DNA of 64,000 nt. Origin: a virus. The DNA lies in IMG/VR virus record IMGVR_UViG_3300030061_003198. One strand, given 5' to 3'. The notes beneath the pieces are model-generated. The model ran no database searches. It was not told the origin of the DNA and saw only the letters and a program-made list of their open reading frames with translations. Shown here piece by piece: positions 38,413 to 48,600 of this stretch; the stretch's first letter is position 1, and every line of letters starts with the position of its first letter. A program made the translations under genes and the position numbers.

Positions 38413-39813
38413 TTATTCTACAGATCCTTCTTCTTCAGAATTTGTATTAGGATCTGGAACACGACCTAAATCTTGAGAAGGCCATGTTTGTAATTTATCT
38501 AAATCTTGATGAAATTTTACAACATTGTTATTAAATGGTAAAATAATTTGATTAGTGTCTCGATTATATGTAGCTATATCATTTTCTAATAAAGACATTA
38601 AGATTCCATCTCTAGCTGCAGAAGTAGTGGTAGTATCATTTGGAAATTCTCCAACTTGTTCAGTAAAATTCGGCGGATTGGTTTGATAAATAAAATTGAG
38701 TATACCATTTTTAGTAACTGCTTCCGTATTTATCATACTATCTGTTATTATTGCCCAACGAATAGCCTTATCCATATCCCCAGATCCATCAAAATCTCCA
38801 GAAATCCAATTAGGAGCTATAGATCTTAAGATACTATATTCAGTTGATTCTCCACTTTGCCATTTTTCAAGATCAAATGTCATTTTTCCACTTGCACGAT
38901 TACCGCTTGATATAGAAGATCGTAAAGAATCTTCTGCAGAATCCCATTGTTTCAAATATACATTACCATTTCTAATAAAGAAAAAATCAGTTGGTCCTGA
39001 TTCTTGGCTTTTATGTTTTTCAGCAACTTTTTTAATAATTGCATCAACCGCTTGATAATCATTTAATGAGTTTATTCCTACAGTCGAATTTAAAACATTT
39101 TCGAATTTCGCAGCATTAAATCCACCGGCGCCTACTCCAATTAAATTTGCTAAATTACCAGGAAATGTTGCAGTCTTTGGATTTGCTGATACTATAACTC
39201 TTACTGCAACTTGATCCATACGTTGCGGCGTACTAATTTTTTTTTGTTGAGTTTGTTGTGATATTTTGAAATTTGTATTAAACCAATTTTCATTTTTATC
39301 TCCAATATAAACTGATGCATCCCAAATAGCTTTTTCATCATAATCTGTTGCCCAGTTAACATCTGTCCATTCCGTTCGATCGCCAAGTTTCGGATAATTT
39401 GTTAGATATATAATATCGTCTGAACCACGTAATAATGCCTGGTTTTGCCCTACGCTTGGAGTAATACTTTTTATCGATGATTTAAAGCCTGATGGACTCA
39501 ATAAATAATCCATTGCAGAATAAAAATCATTAGCTATAATATCGTCTACATCTTCAGCAAAAGCTTTAGCAGCTTCCAGTATCTCCCAAGCTAATAAGTC
39601 TATCGATCCACCTGAAGGAATCTCATGATCATATTTATCTAATTGTATTTGAAATTTAGCATTTTCACCTCCTGGAAAATAAAATGTTTTTCCCGTTGAA
39701 GCCAATTGGATCTTCCATGTCATATTGCTATTATTATACTTCTTTAATTGTGGCAGGCTGATTGGAGCATCTGCTTCCTGTAATATTTTTCTAGCTATAT
39801 TTGTTAATTTCAT
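38413..39813 (-). CDS. Hypothetical protein, probable head internal protein
   Basis: Start re-called to ATG 39813 (MKLTNIARKILQE, AAGGA upstream), which removes the overlap with the upstream gene. Confidence 0.6.
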   Translation of the reverse strand: MKLTNIARKILQEADAPISLPQLKKYNNSNMTWKIQLASTGKTFYFPGGENAKFQIQLDKYDHEIPSGGSIDLLAWEILEAAKAFAEDVDDIIANDFYSAMDYLLSPSGFKSSIKSITPSVGQNQALLRGSDDIIYLTNYPKLGDRTEWTDVNWATDYDEKAIWDASVYIGDKNENWFNTNFKISQQTQQKKISTPQRMDQVAVRVIVSANPKTATFPGNLANLIGVGAGGFNAAKFENVLNSTVGINSLNDYQAVDAIIKKVAEKHKSQESGPTDFFFIRNGNVYLKQWDSAEDSLRSSISSGNRASGKMTFDLEKWQSGESTEYSILRSIAPNWISGDFDGSGDMDKAIRWAIITDSMINTEAVTKNGILNFIYQTNPPNFTEQVGEFPNDTTTTSAARDGILMSLLENDIATYNRDTNQIILPFNNNVVKFHQDLDKLQTWPSQDLGRVPDPNTNSEEEGSVE

Positions 39814-39823
39814 ATTAATATCC

Positions 39824-41005
39824 TTAACCTCGGTCATTCTTCCTCTTCTTCTTGTTATTCTTTTCTCCATCCTCTGGCTCAGTTACTGCTTCAGGAGGAT
39901 CTTCTTGTTTATATCCGTTTTCTTTATCGTTCATATAAGCTTCGCCATGTTCGGCCCATGCAGCTTCCACAACTACAGACATATCACCGGTGGCATCTAA
40001 TATAGAATCACCTGTTCGATCTTGATTAAAATCTGTATTCATTCTAACCCAATTTCGAAATGAATTAATTTCAGTAACATTTCGAAATGGCATTGCGTCT
40101 TCATTATTAGTTATAGTTTCTGTTTCTTCCGGTTCTGGTTCTTCTGTGCCTAAAGCTTTTTTAATTTCTTCTTTTGATAATGCTGTTATAACTCTTTCAC
40201 CTTCTTCATAATCAGCATAGCTTACATAAAACCCATCAGTTGTTAATAATTTTTCTGCAGCTGTTTCACTAGCATCATCCCATACACCGGTAACTGGAAT
40301 CTTCCTCTTTTTTTGCCACGCTTTCAAAACTGTTTCTAAATCTTTATCAAATAAATCACTTCCTTCAGGCAATCCAACTAATTGACGTATTTTATTAACT
40401 ATCGGTTTATAGGCGTCTAGCTTTACATCTACTGCAGAAAATGGAATCCATTCCATCCATTTTTTATTGTTTTTTTCTATTGCATCAGCTTTAACTTGTT
40501 TTTCTTTTTCAGAAGATCTAAGATCTTTTACTGCATTTTTAATTGCATCTAATCCATAATATGTAAATTTTCCTGATGAAGGTAATTTTGTATCCGATCT
40601 AAATTTAGATGATAATGCAGTTATATTGTCAACAAAATCTTTTTTTAATATTATAACTAACCATTTCTTTCCTTTATAAGGTTCTACTAATGCAATATTC
40701 GACAAAGTAGGATCATTTAATCTAGTAGTAAGGTCAAAAGCTATACCAAAATCAATTCTTAAATTTTTTAAATTATCCATTTTAGGATAATTTACAGGAA
40801 ATAATTTTTTGTCGCCATCTTTCATTTTCCCTTGTTTTGGAGGCGTAAATATATATACTTGATATAAATCTTCTCTACCATTAAAAACTTGTAATAATTC
40901 TAGTTCATTATTTTTTAAATATTTTTCAAACTGTTTCGCATTCATTGTGCTATAAGCATTACCAGCAGCACTTTCGTCTAATATTATTTGTTTTAATGTC
41001 TTCAT
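39824..41005 (-). CDS. Probable head internal protein with peptidoglycan-binding domain
   Basis: Start re-called to ATG 41005 (MKTLKQIILDE); VNKIRQLVG...FDKDLETVLKAWQKKRKIPVTGVWD resembles PG_binding_1. Confidence 0.65.
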   Translation of the reverse strand: MKTLKQIILDESAAGNAYSTMNAKQFEKYLKNNELELLQVFNGREDLYQVYIFTPPKQGKMKDGDKKLFPVNYPKMDNLKNLRIDFGIAFDLTTRLNDPTLSNIALVEPYKGKKWLVIILKKDFVDNITALSSKFRSDTKLPSSGKFTYYGLDAIKNAVKDLRSSEKEKQVKADAIEKNNKKWMEWIPFSAVDVKLDAYKPIVNKIRQLVGLPEGSDLFDKDLETVLKAWQKKRKIPVTGVWDDASETAAEKLLTTDGFYVSYADYEEGERVITALSKEEIKKALGTEEPEPEETETITNNEDAMPFRNVTEINSFRNWVRMNTDFNQDRTGDSILDATGDMSVVVEAAWAEHGEAYMNDKENGYKQEDPPEAVTEPEDGEKNNKKKRKNDRG

Positions 41006-41009
41006 TTTA

Positions 41010-41018
41010 TATAAATAT
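41010..41018 (-). promoter_or_regulatory. Putative late promoter motif ATATTTATA
   Basis: 4 nt upstream of ATG 41005. Confidence 0.6.
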
Positions 41019-41021
41019 ATC

Positions 41022-41567
41022 TTACCAATCAATCATGACTAAATTTCCATTCCATGTCATTATATTGTCTGGTTTAAAGTCTAATGAGATATCTAAGTCG
41101 CCAATTCCTGTCTTTTTTACTTGTTGTTCTAATGCTCTTAAAAAGCTTCCAAATTTTGGATCAATATCACGAGCGCCGTCTGCATTTAAATAATCAAATA
41201 TACTAGTTTCACCACCTTGTTGTCTAGCAAATTCTTTATAATTTTCATAAAAATTTTCAATTTGCTGTTTAGATTTAGAATCCAATTGTTCAGCTTTATT
41301 CATGATATACATTTTACGTTCGCTATCTGAATAATGTACTGGTATAAATGCATTAAATTCTCCATACCTTCCAACAATAACATCAGCAACAGCTGTTTCA
41401 TCAGGTTCTGTAGTTATTTTAAATAATAAATCTTCGCCATTTAATTGATATACTTTTCCATTATCACCTCTATTAAAAAATGTATAATCTTTATTTTTTA
41501 TTTTTTGTAATAATCTAGTTGCTTCATCTTCAGCAATTTCATTTAATATATGTTTTAAGTTTATCAT
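41022..41567 (-). CDS. Minimal protein-kinase-like protein
   Basis: RGDNGKVY Gly-loop, LLFKIT Lys, DFKPDNIM catalytic loop, terminal IDW (DFG-equivalent). Confidence 0.75.
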   Translation of the reverse strand: MINLKHILNEIAEDEATRLLQKIKNKDYTFFNRGDNGKVYQLNGEDLLFKITTEPDETAVADVIVGRYGEFNAFIPVHYSDSERKMYIMNKAEQLDSKSKQQIENFYENYKEFARQQGGETSIFDYLNADGARDIDPKFGSFLRALEQQVKKTGIGDLDISLDFKPDNIMTWNGNLVMIDW

Positions 41568-41571
41568 GATA

Positions 41572-43512
41572 TTACCTCGTTACAATATTTTTAACTTGTG
41601 TTCCTTGTGCAATATCTTTAAAATTACCTGATGTTATAACTGTTGTCGCTGGAGGTGGTGGTGGAGATTTTGAATTATTTTTAACTGGTTTATTTTTATC
41701 TAAGTCAATTGATATTAAAAAATTCATATCAATGTCATTTCTATTTTTTACCGGCTGGCCTAGTTTACCTATAGCTAATAATTGACCTACATCATTATAT
41801 AATCCTATTGTAGTAATATAAGGTACAAAGTCGCTGCCAGTTGCCCAAGATTGTATATTCATATTATTGTCAGTTAAAATAGAAGGGTTTTGTGATATAT
41901 TAAAATCATTTTCATCAACCCGAGCTAGTATCGAATGTTCATATAATTTAACTGTGCTTTTATAACTAGCAGTATAATTTGTAGTTATTAATTCATTATA
42001 TCTATAATCTGGACTAGATATTACTATTAAGCCTTGCTTATTAAATACATTCCCAACCCTATTAGTTTGCAATACTCCTCCGCTCACACTACGGTCCATT
42101 AACGTGCTTATATGTGCTTGTGTTAACGTCTTATTAAAAATCCTAATTTCATCTAGATATCCACTATAACCTTCTAATCCGGAGCCATAGCCACCTATTT
42201 TTAATCCATAATCGTTGTTAATTGTAGCAGACGATGTAAATGGAGAATTAAATTGATGTTTCAATAAATTAAAACTACCAGATGAATGTTTTATTCCATT
42301 TAACCATAATTCTAAATTGCTTCCGGACTTTTGACATACAACATGATGCCAAGAACTTGTTACTGCTGTCGAAGAAGTAATTTGTGCTATATAATTAGTC
42401 GCGCCTGCTGCCGAAAAATGTAATTGTTTTGAACCACTTAATTCTATTTTAAATGGATAAACATAATCAATTGAAGATGAAACTTTACCTAATACTAACA
42501 TCTTTTTATTATGAGATGTTACCGACGCAGATATAAAAAATGATATTGCATAATCTTCATATCTATCATAGGTGCCAGGCAAATCTGTTTCTATATACCC
42601 CGATCCTTTAAAATTAACAGATTTACCAATTGGTAATTTACTGCCATATGAACCAGATATTCCAGTTTGAAATGATAATCTATTTCCTCCGTTTCTATCA
42701 ATTATTGATTTTGGATATCTAGTATTAAATCTAGATTCATCGAAGTATTCATTGAATCCTTCAGAAAAAGTTTCTTGTCCTGGAAATGAACCTGTATTGA
42801 TATCATTATTATAAATATTTGAGTATCGATCTGAAAGCAAATTATATTGTGCTACCGAAGGCAGACTTACATATGAAAACGGATGAGTGAAATCTTCGGA
42901 AGCGTCATTTATATCATCTCCACTAATGTCAAATGTTCCCGTGACAGTACGAAATGTTAATGTCATAGGAGAAATAGTAGACGATATTACTATTCCTTGA
43001 AAACTTGGATTGCCATTTTGTGAAAATGTTTCTCCTGGTATAAGTAATCCGCTAATGCCACTTCCGGAAATTTTAATATTATCATCTGCTAAAGAACTAG
43101 TTAATGTAAATGATGCTGGTTTTATTCTATCACCCATTTTAATCTGAGGGATACTAAATACAGATGCTGATTCATATAAAAATTTAGGAGATCGATTTAA
43201 ATCTGTTGGCCCATGTGTTTTTGAAGGCTCATGTTTACGTTTATAAAATAATTGGTCAATTGAATTGTATATTGCAAATTGATATGAACCATCGGAATTG
43301 ATAGCATCATTAAATGGTTTACTACTAGAAATATTAGGAAATCCTTCCACATATATTCCTTGCAATTGACTATAATTTTCAGATACAGCACTTCCAGAAT
43401 AAAATGTAAATTGTTTATGTGCTTCAAACGGATTTACAGAATAATCAGTAGGCTCAATTTTTTTAAATACGGTTGGAGCGACTCCTTTATATGTTGTTAT
43501 TTCATTTGACAT
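41572..43512 (-). CDS. Tail/baseplate protein with LamG domain
   Basis: WHHVVC...LWLNG...GYLDEIRIFNKTLT LamG motifs; C-terminal PYITTIGLYND..QLLAIGKL. Confidence 0.75.
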   Translation of the reverse strand: MSNEITTYKGVAPTVFKKIEPTDYSVNPFEAHKQFTFYSGSAVSENYSQLQGIYVEGFPNISSSKPFNDAINSDGSYQFAIYNSIDQLFYKRKHEPSKTHGPTDLNRSPKFLYESASVFSIPQIKMGDRIKPASFTLTSSLADDNIKISGSGISGLLIPGETFSQNGNPSFQGIVISSTISPMTLTFRTVTGTFDISGDDINDASEDFTHPFSYVSLPSVAQYNLLSDRYSNIYNNDINTGSFPGQETFSEGFNEYFDESRFNTRYPKSIIDRNGGNRLSFQTGISGSYGSKLPIGKSVNFKGSGYIETDLPGTYDRYEDYAISFFISASVTSHNKKMLVLGKVSSSIDYVYPFKIELSGSKQLHFSAAGATNYIAQITSSTAVTSSWHHVVCQKSGSNLELWLNGIKHSSGSFNLLKHQFNSPFTSSATINNDYGLKIGGYGSGLEGYSGYLDEIRIFNKTLTQAHISTLMDRSVSGGVLQTNRVGNVFNKQGLIVISSPDYRYNELITTNYTASYKSTVKLYEHSILARVDENDFNISQNPSILTDNNMNIQSWATGSDFVPYITTIGLYNDVGQLLAIGKLGQPVKNRNDIDMNFLISIDLDKNKPVKNNSKSPPPPPATTVITSGNFKDIAQGTQVKNIVTR

Positions 43513-43518
43513 ATTAGT

Positions 43519-43557
43519 AAAAACCTGTTATACTTTATATAATATAAATATAACAGG
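43519..43557 (-). terminator. Terminator-like hairpin overlapping a late promoter motif
   Basis: Minus strand CCTGTTATA-N16-TATAACAGG-TTTTT. Confidence 0.55.
43543..43551 (-). promoter_or_regulatory. Putative late promoter motif ATATTTATA
   Basis: Recurrent motif upstream of the LamG tail gene. Confidence 0.55.
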
Positions 43558-43578
43558 CTATAATTCATTGGAGTAAAT

Positions 43579-44874
43579 TTAAAAATCTAATTTTACTCTT
43601 ACCAATGCTTCTTTTGAAAAGTTTTTCAATAATGGCTTACTTAATTTAGCTACAGCTAATAATTCTTGACTATCATTATATAACCCAATTGTTGTGATAT
43701 ATGTTGACGGATCGCCTATAAATGTTGTTTGAGTAAACTCTCCTACACTACCTGTCGTAAAAGATGGATTATTTGAAAAGTTATAATTTCCATTTTTTAC
43801 TCTAACAAAATAATGAGTACTTGTAATCGTTTCTTGATTCCTTGCTTCAAACGATTGGCCATTTGCACCAAATGATCCAGATATTGAATGAAATAATGCA
43901 AAATGATTATTGCCTTCAGAATTAGAACCTGTATTAGTAGCAAATCCTAAGTCTTGATCTAACATTTTACCATCTAAAACAATTGAACCATATTTTGGAT
44001 AAAATAATCCATAATATATTGGATCTGTTGGATTATGAATTCCATTATCAATACTACCTGATACTACATTGAATACTTTTCCTGAAGATGTAGATGTTCC
44101 TGCAGATATTGATGAGTCATCGATAAATGTGAATGTCTTTGCCGATCCGGATAATTCAACTGATCCTGTTGCGTTCGTTGCTCTAGAAGAAGATATTGTA
44201 GATAAAGGTAATTGCCAATTTCCGGCGTCTAATTGTTCTTTCATTCTATTTCGTTGTACATTTACAACATATATATATTCTGTACTTCCACTTCCAGCTG
44301 TTATAAAACGTGATGCATCTTGTTCTAACAATAATTGTTTATATTGAGCATAAACAGCTTTAGAAGCAGGATCATCATTACCCAAATTTGAAGAACCACT
44401 TCCTAATACATGACCAAATGCACATGCAAATTGTACAGCCGAACCAGTTAGTTGTGGAGATTTTTGTAAAACATCTACATAATATCTTCGTTGTGAATTT
44501 GTTTGAGCAGATGAAGAATAAAATGTATCTAATAATCCTTGATTATCACTCCATAACCCAGCTGTTACAATTTGTGTTTGTTTGTCTACTATATCTTCAA
44601 CTGCGTTAAATCTAGAAAATGTTTTTCCTGAATTTGATAATATATTAACTTGTTGTTGATCAGCTACTATTTGATCTGCCAACTGCTGAGCTAATTGCTG
44701 TACTTGTGCATTCATATCAACAGCGCCCGCTGCGGCATTTTGTGCTGCAGGCGATGAATATGTTGGAGACTGATTCGCAGGAGACTGATTTATGTTAGAT
44801 TTACCAGCATTATTGCCAGAAGTACCTTTTTGGCTTTGTTTTGGTAATTGTTTTAAAAAATTTATTTTTTTCAT
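43579..44874 (-). CDS. Tail/baseplate structural protein
   Basis: C-terminal TYITTIGLYNDSQELLAVAKLSKP, paralogous to 41572-43512. Confidence 0.7.
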   Translation of the reverse strand: MKKINFLKQLPKQSQKGTSGNNAGKSNINQSPANQSPTYSSPAAQNAAAGAVDMNAQVQQLAQQLADQIVADQQQVNILSNSGKTFSRFNAVEDIVDKQTQIVTAGLWSDNQGLLDTFYSSSAQTNSQRRYYVDVLQKSPQLTGSAVQFACAFGHVLGSGSSNLGNDDPASKAVYAQYKQLLLEQDASRFITAGSGSTEYIYVVNVQRNRMKEQLDAGNWQLPLSTISSSRATNATGSVELSGSAKTFTFIDDSSISAGTSTSSGKVFNVVSGSIDNGIHNPTDPIYYGLFYPKYGSIVLDGKMLDQDLGFATNTGSNSEGNNHFALFHSISGSFGANGQSFEARNQETITSTHYFVRVKNGNYNFSNNPSFTTGSVGEFTQTTFIGDPSTYITTIGLYNDSQELLAVAKLSKPLLKNFSKEALVRVKLDF

Positions 44875-44893
44875 GATTTTATTTGCCTAATAT

Positions 44894-45559
44894 TTATGAA
44901 GATTGTGAAGTGGCAGTTTGAGTAGTTACTTTTTTAACTGTTAAATTAATAGTAGTACTACCACCCGTTTCATTTCCAATTATAGTAATTGTAGTAGTTT
45001 TATCTTCAGTTGCCTGATATTTTGCTCTAACTTCAAATACAAATCCTGCAACTGCAACACTTTGTGCATCTTCATTATCTCCAACAAATCTAGGAGTCGT
45101 TGGTAATGTAGAATTTGATAACGGTTGTGTTACAATTATATCAGCACAATCACTATTTCCTAATATTGCTGTGTAACCCAATGTAGAATTTCCGCCTTGC
45201 AAATTACTTGTATTTGGTGAAATTAAAGAAGTATCACCAGGGCCTAATAATGTTATACTACCATTACCTACTGTAACAACTGGAATTTGCGTCGTTGCTT
45301 TTGGTAATGATACCAATTTATATTTTAATGCTTGAGTTTCATCCGGAATAGCTTCTGTTATAGGCATATTTTCAATAATTATACCATAGTAATCAGTACC
45401 CAACGGATGGTTTGGATTCCATAATGAATAATCAATCTCATCGTCACCAACTGCAAATTGTGTAATATTAAATGAATTATCACCCCTTGCTAGTAGTTCA
45501 CGTCCTTTCAATGTTAATATCGCATCGACTGTAACTGAACTGTTATTTAAATATCCCAT
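44894..45559 (-). CDS. Tail/baseplate structural protein (tail-collar-fibre N-terminal-like)
   Basis: DAILTLKGRELLA...ITQFAVGDDEIDY. Confidence 0.65.
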   Translation of the reverse strand: MGYLNNSSVTVDAILTLKGRELLARGDNSFNITQFAVGDDEIDYSLWNPNHPLGTDYYGIIIENMPITEAIPDETQALKYKLVSLPKATTQIPVVTVGNGSITLLGPGDTSLISPNTSNLQGGNSTLGYTAILGNSDCADIIVTQPLSNSTLPTTPRFVGDNEDAQSVAVAGFVFEVRAKYQATEDKTTTITIIGNETGGSTTINLTVKKVTTQTATSQSS

Positions 45560-45578
45560 ATTTTTTATTACCTTTATT

Positions 45579-45587
45579 AATAAATAT
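45579..45587 (-). promoter_or_regulatory. Putative late promoter motif ATATTTATT
   Basis: Recurrent intergenic motif. Confidence 0.55.
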
Positions 45588-45618
45588 TACAATGTAATAT
45601 TTTTCTATCTTTTTAAGT

Positions 45619-48600
45619 TTATTTATTGCCTACTACAAAAGTACCACCACTTCCTCCGCCTTGTACAACAACTGTATTCGGATTTGCAGGAATAATTTCA
45701 ACAACTGGGCCTCCATCAACCGTATCAGCTGATGCTATATTAAAATCAGGACTAGTCATTTGACAACCATTATATTCTAAATTTGCAGTGCCTGCTGGGG
45801 TAAAATCTTGTATTTCTGCGTCACGATATATAAAAGTTGATACAGATCCAGACATATAATATAATTTCATTGATACTTTAGATACAGTAATTGTTGAATT
45901 ACCGAGACCTTGATAAAATTGAAATCCAAACGACATTCGATTCGTGCCAGTTAATGCTGAATATAATTCTGCAGAAGTCAATCCCCATGTATCATCAGGC
46001 CCTCCATATGTTTTAGTTGACTGCGAAGTAGTTGGCCATAAAACAACAAGCCCAGGAGTGTACACCCCCTTGTTTTCTCCAACATTTATATCACTTGAGT
46101 GATCACTATATAAACTAGCAGTATAAGGAACTGAATAACCCTGGGTCGTAGTTTTTGCTTCAACATCAACTTCTAAGCCTAACAGATTACCAGCATCACT
46201 AATACTAAGTAGCGAGCTCCATGACCATGAAGATGCATGCAAAACATCTGAATATTCGGTGGTCAGTACTTCACTAAACGTATCACCGCCAGAAGTTATA
46301 TTATTAGGATTAATCCAATCATGTTCTGTGCCAGGCTCATACGGATTAACTCTAGTAGACCCATTCCCGGGAAATTCTTTGAAACTAGATGTTGATGTAG
46401 ATGACGCAGGAGTTTCAGAATATAATAATTGATATATTTCTGATACTCTACTAGAACTAATATATGGAGTAACAGCTTCGCAATATCTAGAAGATGTTAC
46501 AGTGAGCCATGAGCTTCCTGATCTTATAATTTCCGGATAACAATATTGAGTTCCATCAAATTTTGTGTCTGAACTACTTGTTAGCATTGCTTGGTATTGA
46601 TCATCATCGTTACCAGAAGCAGAAATTATACGATTAATTTGACCATTATATACATCGTAACTAGAAGTCAATGAGTTTTTAGTAATTTGTATTGTATCAG
46701 AAAATGTATCTAATGTGTTAGATATTGTCGGTAAAACTGTACCTTTACTTCTTTCTAATATATTTGGTTGTATTAATAATCCTGTTATTTTATCAACTCG
46801 TGCAGGAAGTAATTGATCTAATTGTCTAAAAAATGATAAATCAAACATTGAAAATATTTTAATATATGCATTCATATCATTTTTGTCAATATATTTTTTC
46901 CAATAATCTTCTGCTACTCGTATTAAATCTGGATATGCATTTGAATCTTGATCTCCCGGATCACCAATAAAGTTATCTAAACTTGTAAATCCTAATTGTG
47001 CAATGACATCTTCATTAATCATTGTTTGTGGAGAATAATATACTCCTAATTTTTTACTATCTAATGGTGATTTATCAAATTGACTTCGTTCGGCTCTTGT
47101 TTTTAAATCTAATGTTCCAACTAAGTTATTTGATTCTAATCGAACTTTATTATCATCAAAAGTACCAGCTCCAATTGAGATACCATCATAATAATACATT
47201 TCTTCAATATCACTATACGGAGAATCATTAGTCCATGATCTAAACGAAGAACTTATACTAGATGAAACAGGTTGAACTCCTTGTATCGTTGGTATAGTAG
47301 TATGATTAATTTTTTGATTTAATGGTAATCTATATATTAATTCGTTATATGTATTTGTATTTCCGTCATATGCGCCTGGAGCTTTTGTATGATTTTCAAA
47401 AGGCATATTTTCTAATGGATATTCCCATAACCTAAATTCTTGTAATTCTCCTTCTAATCTTACGCCTGCAGTACTTGAACTTCCAAATGTTATAGATCCA
47501 GAATCTAATAATTGTTGTGGGTGATTATATGAAGAAGTTACCGTTGCAACAATTTTACCATATTTAGACTTTTTAGCAGTTAATTTTAATTCAGATCCAC
47601 TATTTTCTAATACTGTATTTACCCAATTACCATCAAAACACTCAATCTCTGCAGAAGCAGTGCCATTAACTCGAATTTTACCTAATGTTCCTCTAGAAAA
47701 TGCTACATCTACAAAAATATCTTCTGACCCTGTTGCATTAATAGTATATAAATTCATTACTCCAGACATTGTCGGATTCGTTAATACGTTATCTGTTCTA
47801 AATCTTAATTCAACAGCTTGAGGCCTTTTATAAGGCGGTAGATCAGCTCCCCACGTAGTTGTAACAGTTCCAGCTGGGTTTCTTATTAAATCTAATGCAT
47901 AATCAAAATTTAATTTTTCATATATAGGCGCCCGTTCGATTCGAGGGCCGCCATATTCTTTTATAGTTATTAAAGATTGAGGGACGCCATAACAAGCTAA
48001 TAATGATTGTATACTACGTTTAGTGCCTTTTGATTTTAACAAACCTGGTAAATTATTAACAATTCTTCTCCATATATGATATGTCATATCCTGGTTTGAT
48101 ACAGCCGGCTTTCCGATACTATTCGATCCAGTTAAAGGTATTCCAGCTTCACTTGTACCTAATGTATATTCCCATAAATTTTTACTTTGATTGCCATTTG
48201 ATAAATTCCAACCAAATTGTTTTGCAACTGAATATAATAATTCATTAGGCATACCCAGATCTGGATGTTCCTCTCTAGAATTTATTAATGTCATTGTTTT
48301 AATATATGTATGTAATATATCATAATGTTGACCTAACATATTCACGAAAGGCGCCAATTGAGTATTTGTTCGATCAAATCTTATAAATTCTGGAATTGAT
48401 TTTATTATTGCATTTTGATTTTCTCGATCATATTTCGAAGATGTAACAATTAAATTATCATACCATGTTTCAAATGCACTACTGCTAATTGAATATAATG
48501 TATATGGATATGTAGTATTAGTCTTAGGAGCAGGTGTTATATAACTACCAGTAAAAAAATCTACGTTAGGTTCAATTGATGGAATTTCATGAGAAAATAA

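Noticed and set aside
39814-41032. ORF-track starts at 39870 and 41032 (also 1653 and 57019)
   Set aside because: They create overlaps with upstream genes; downstream ATGs have better RBS, promoter or coupling context
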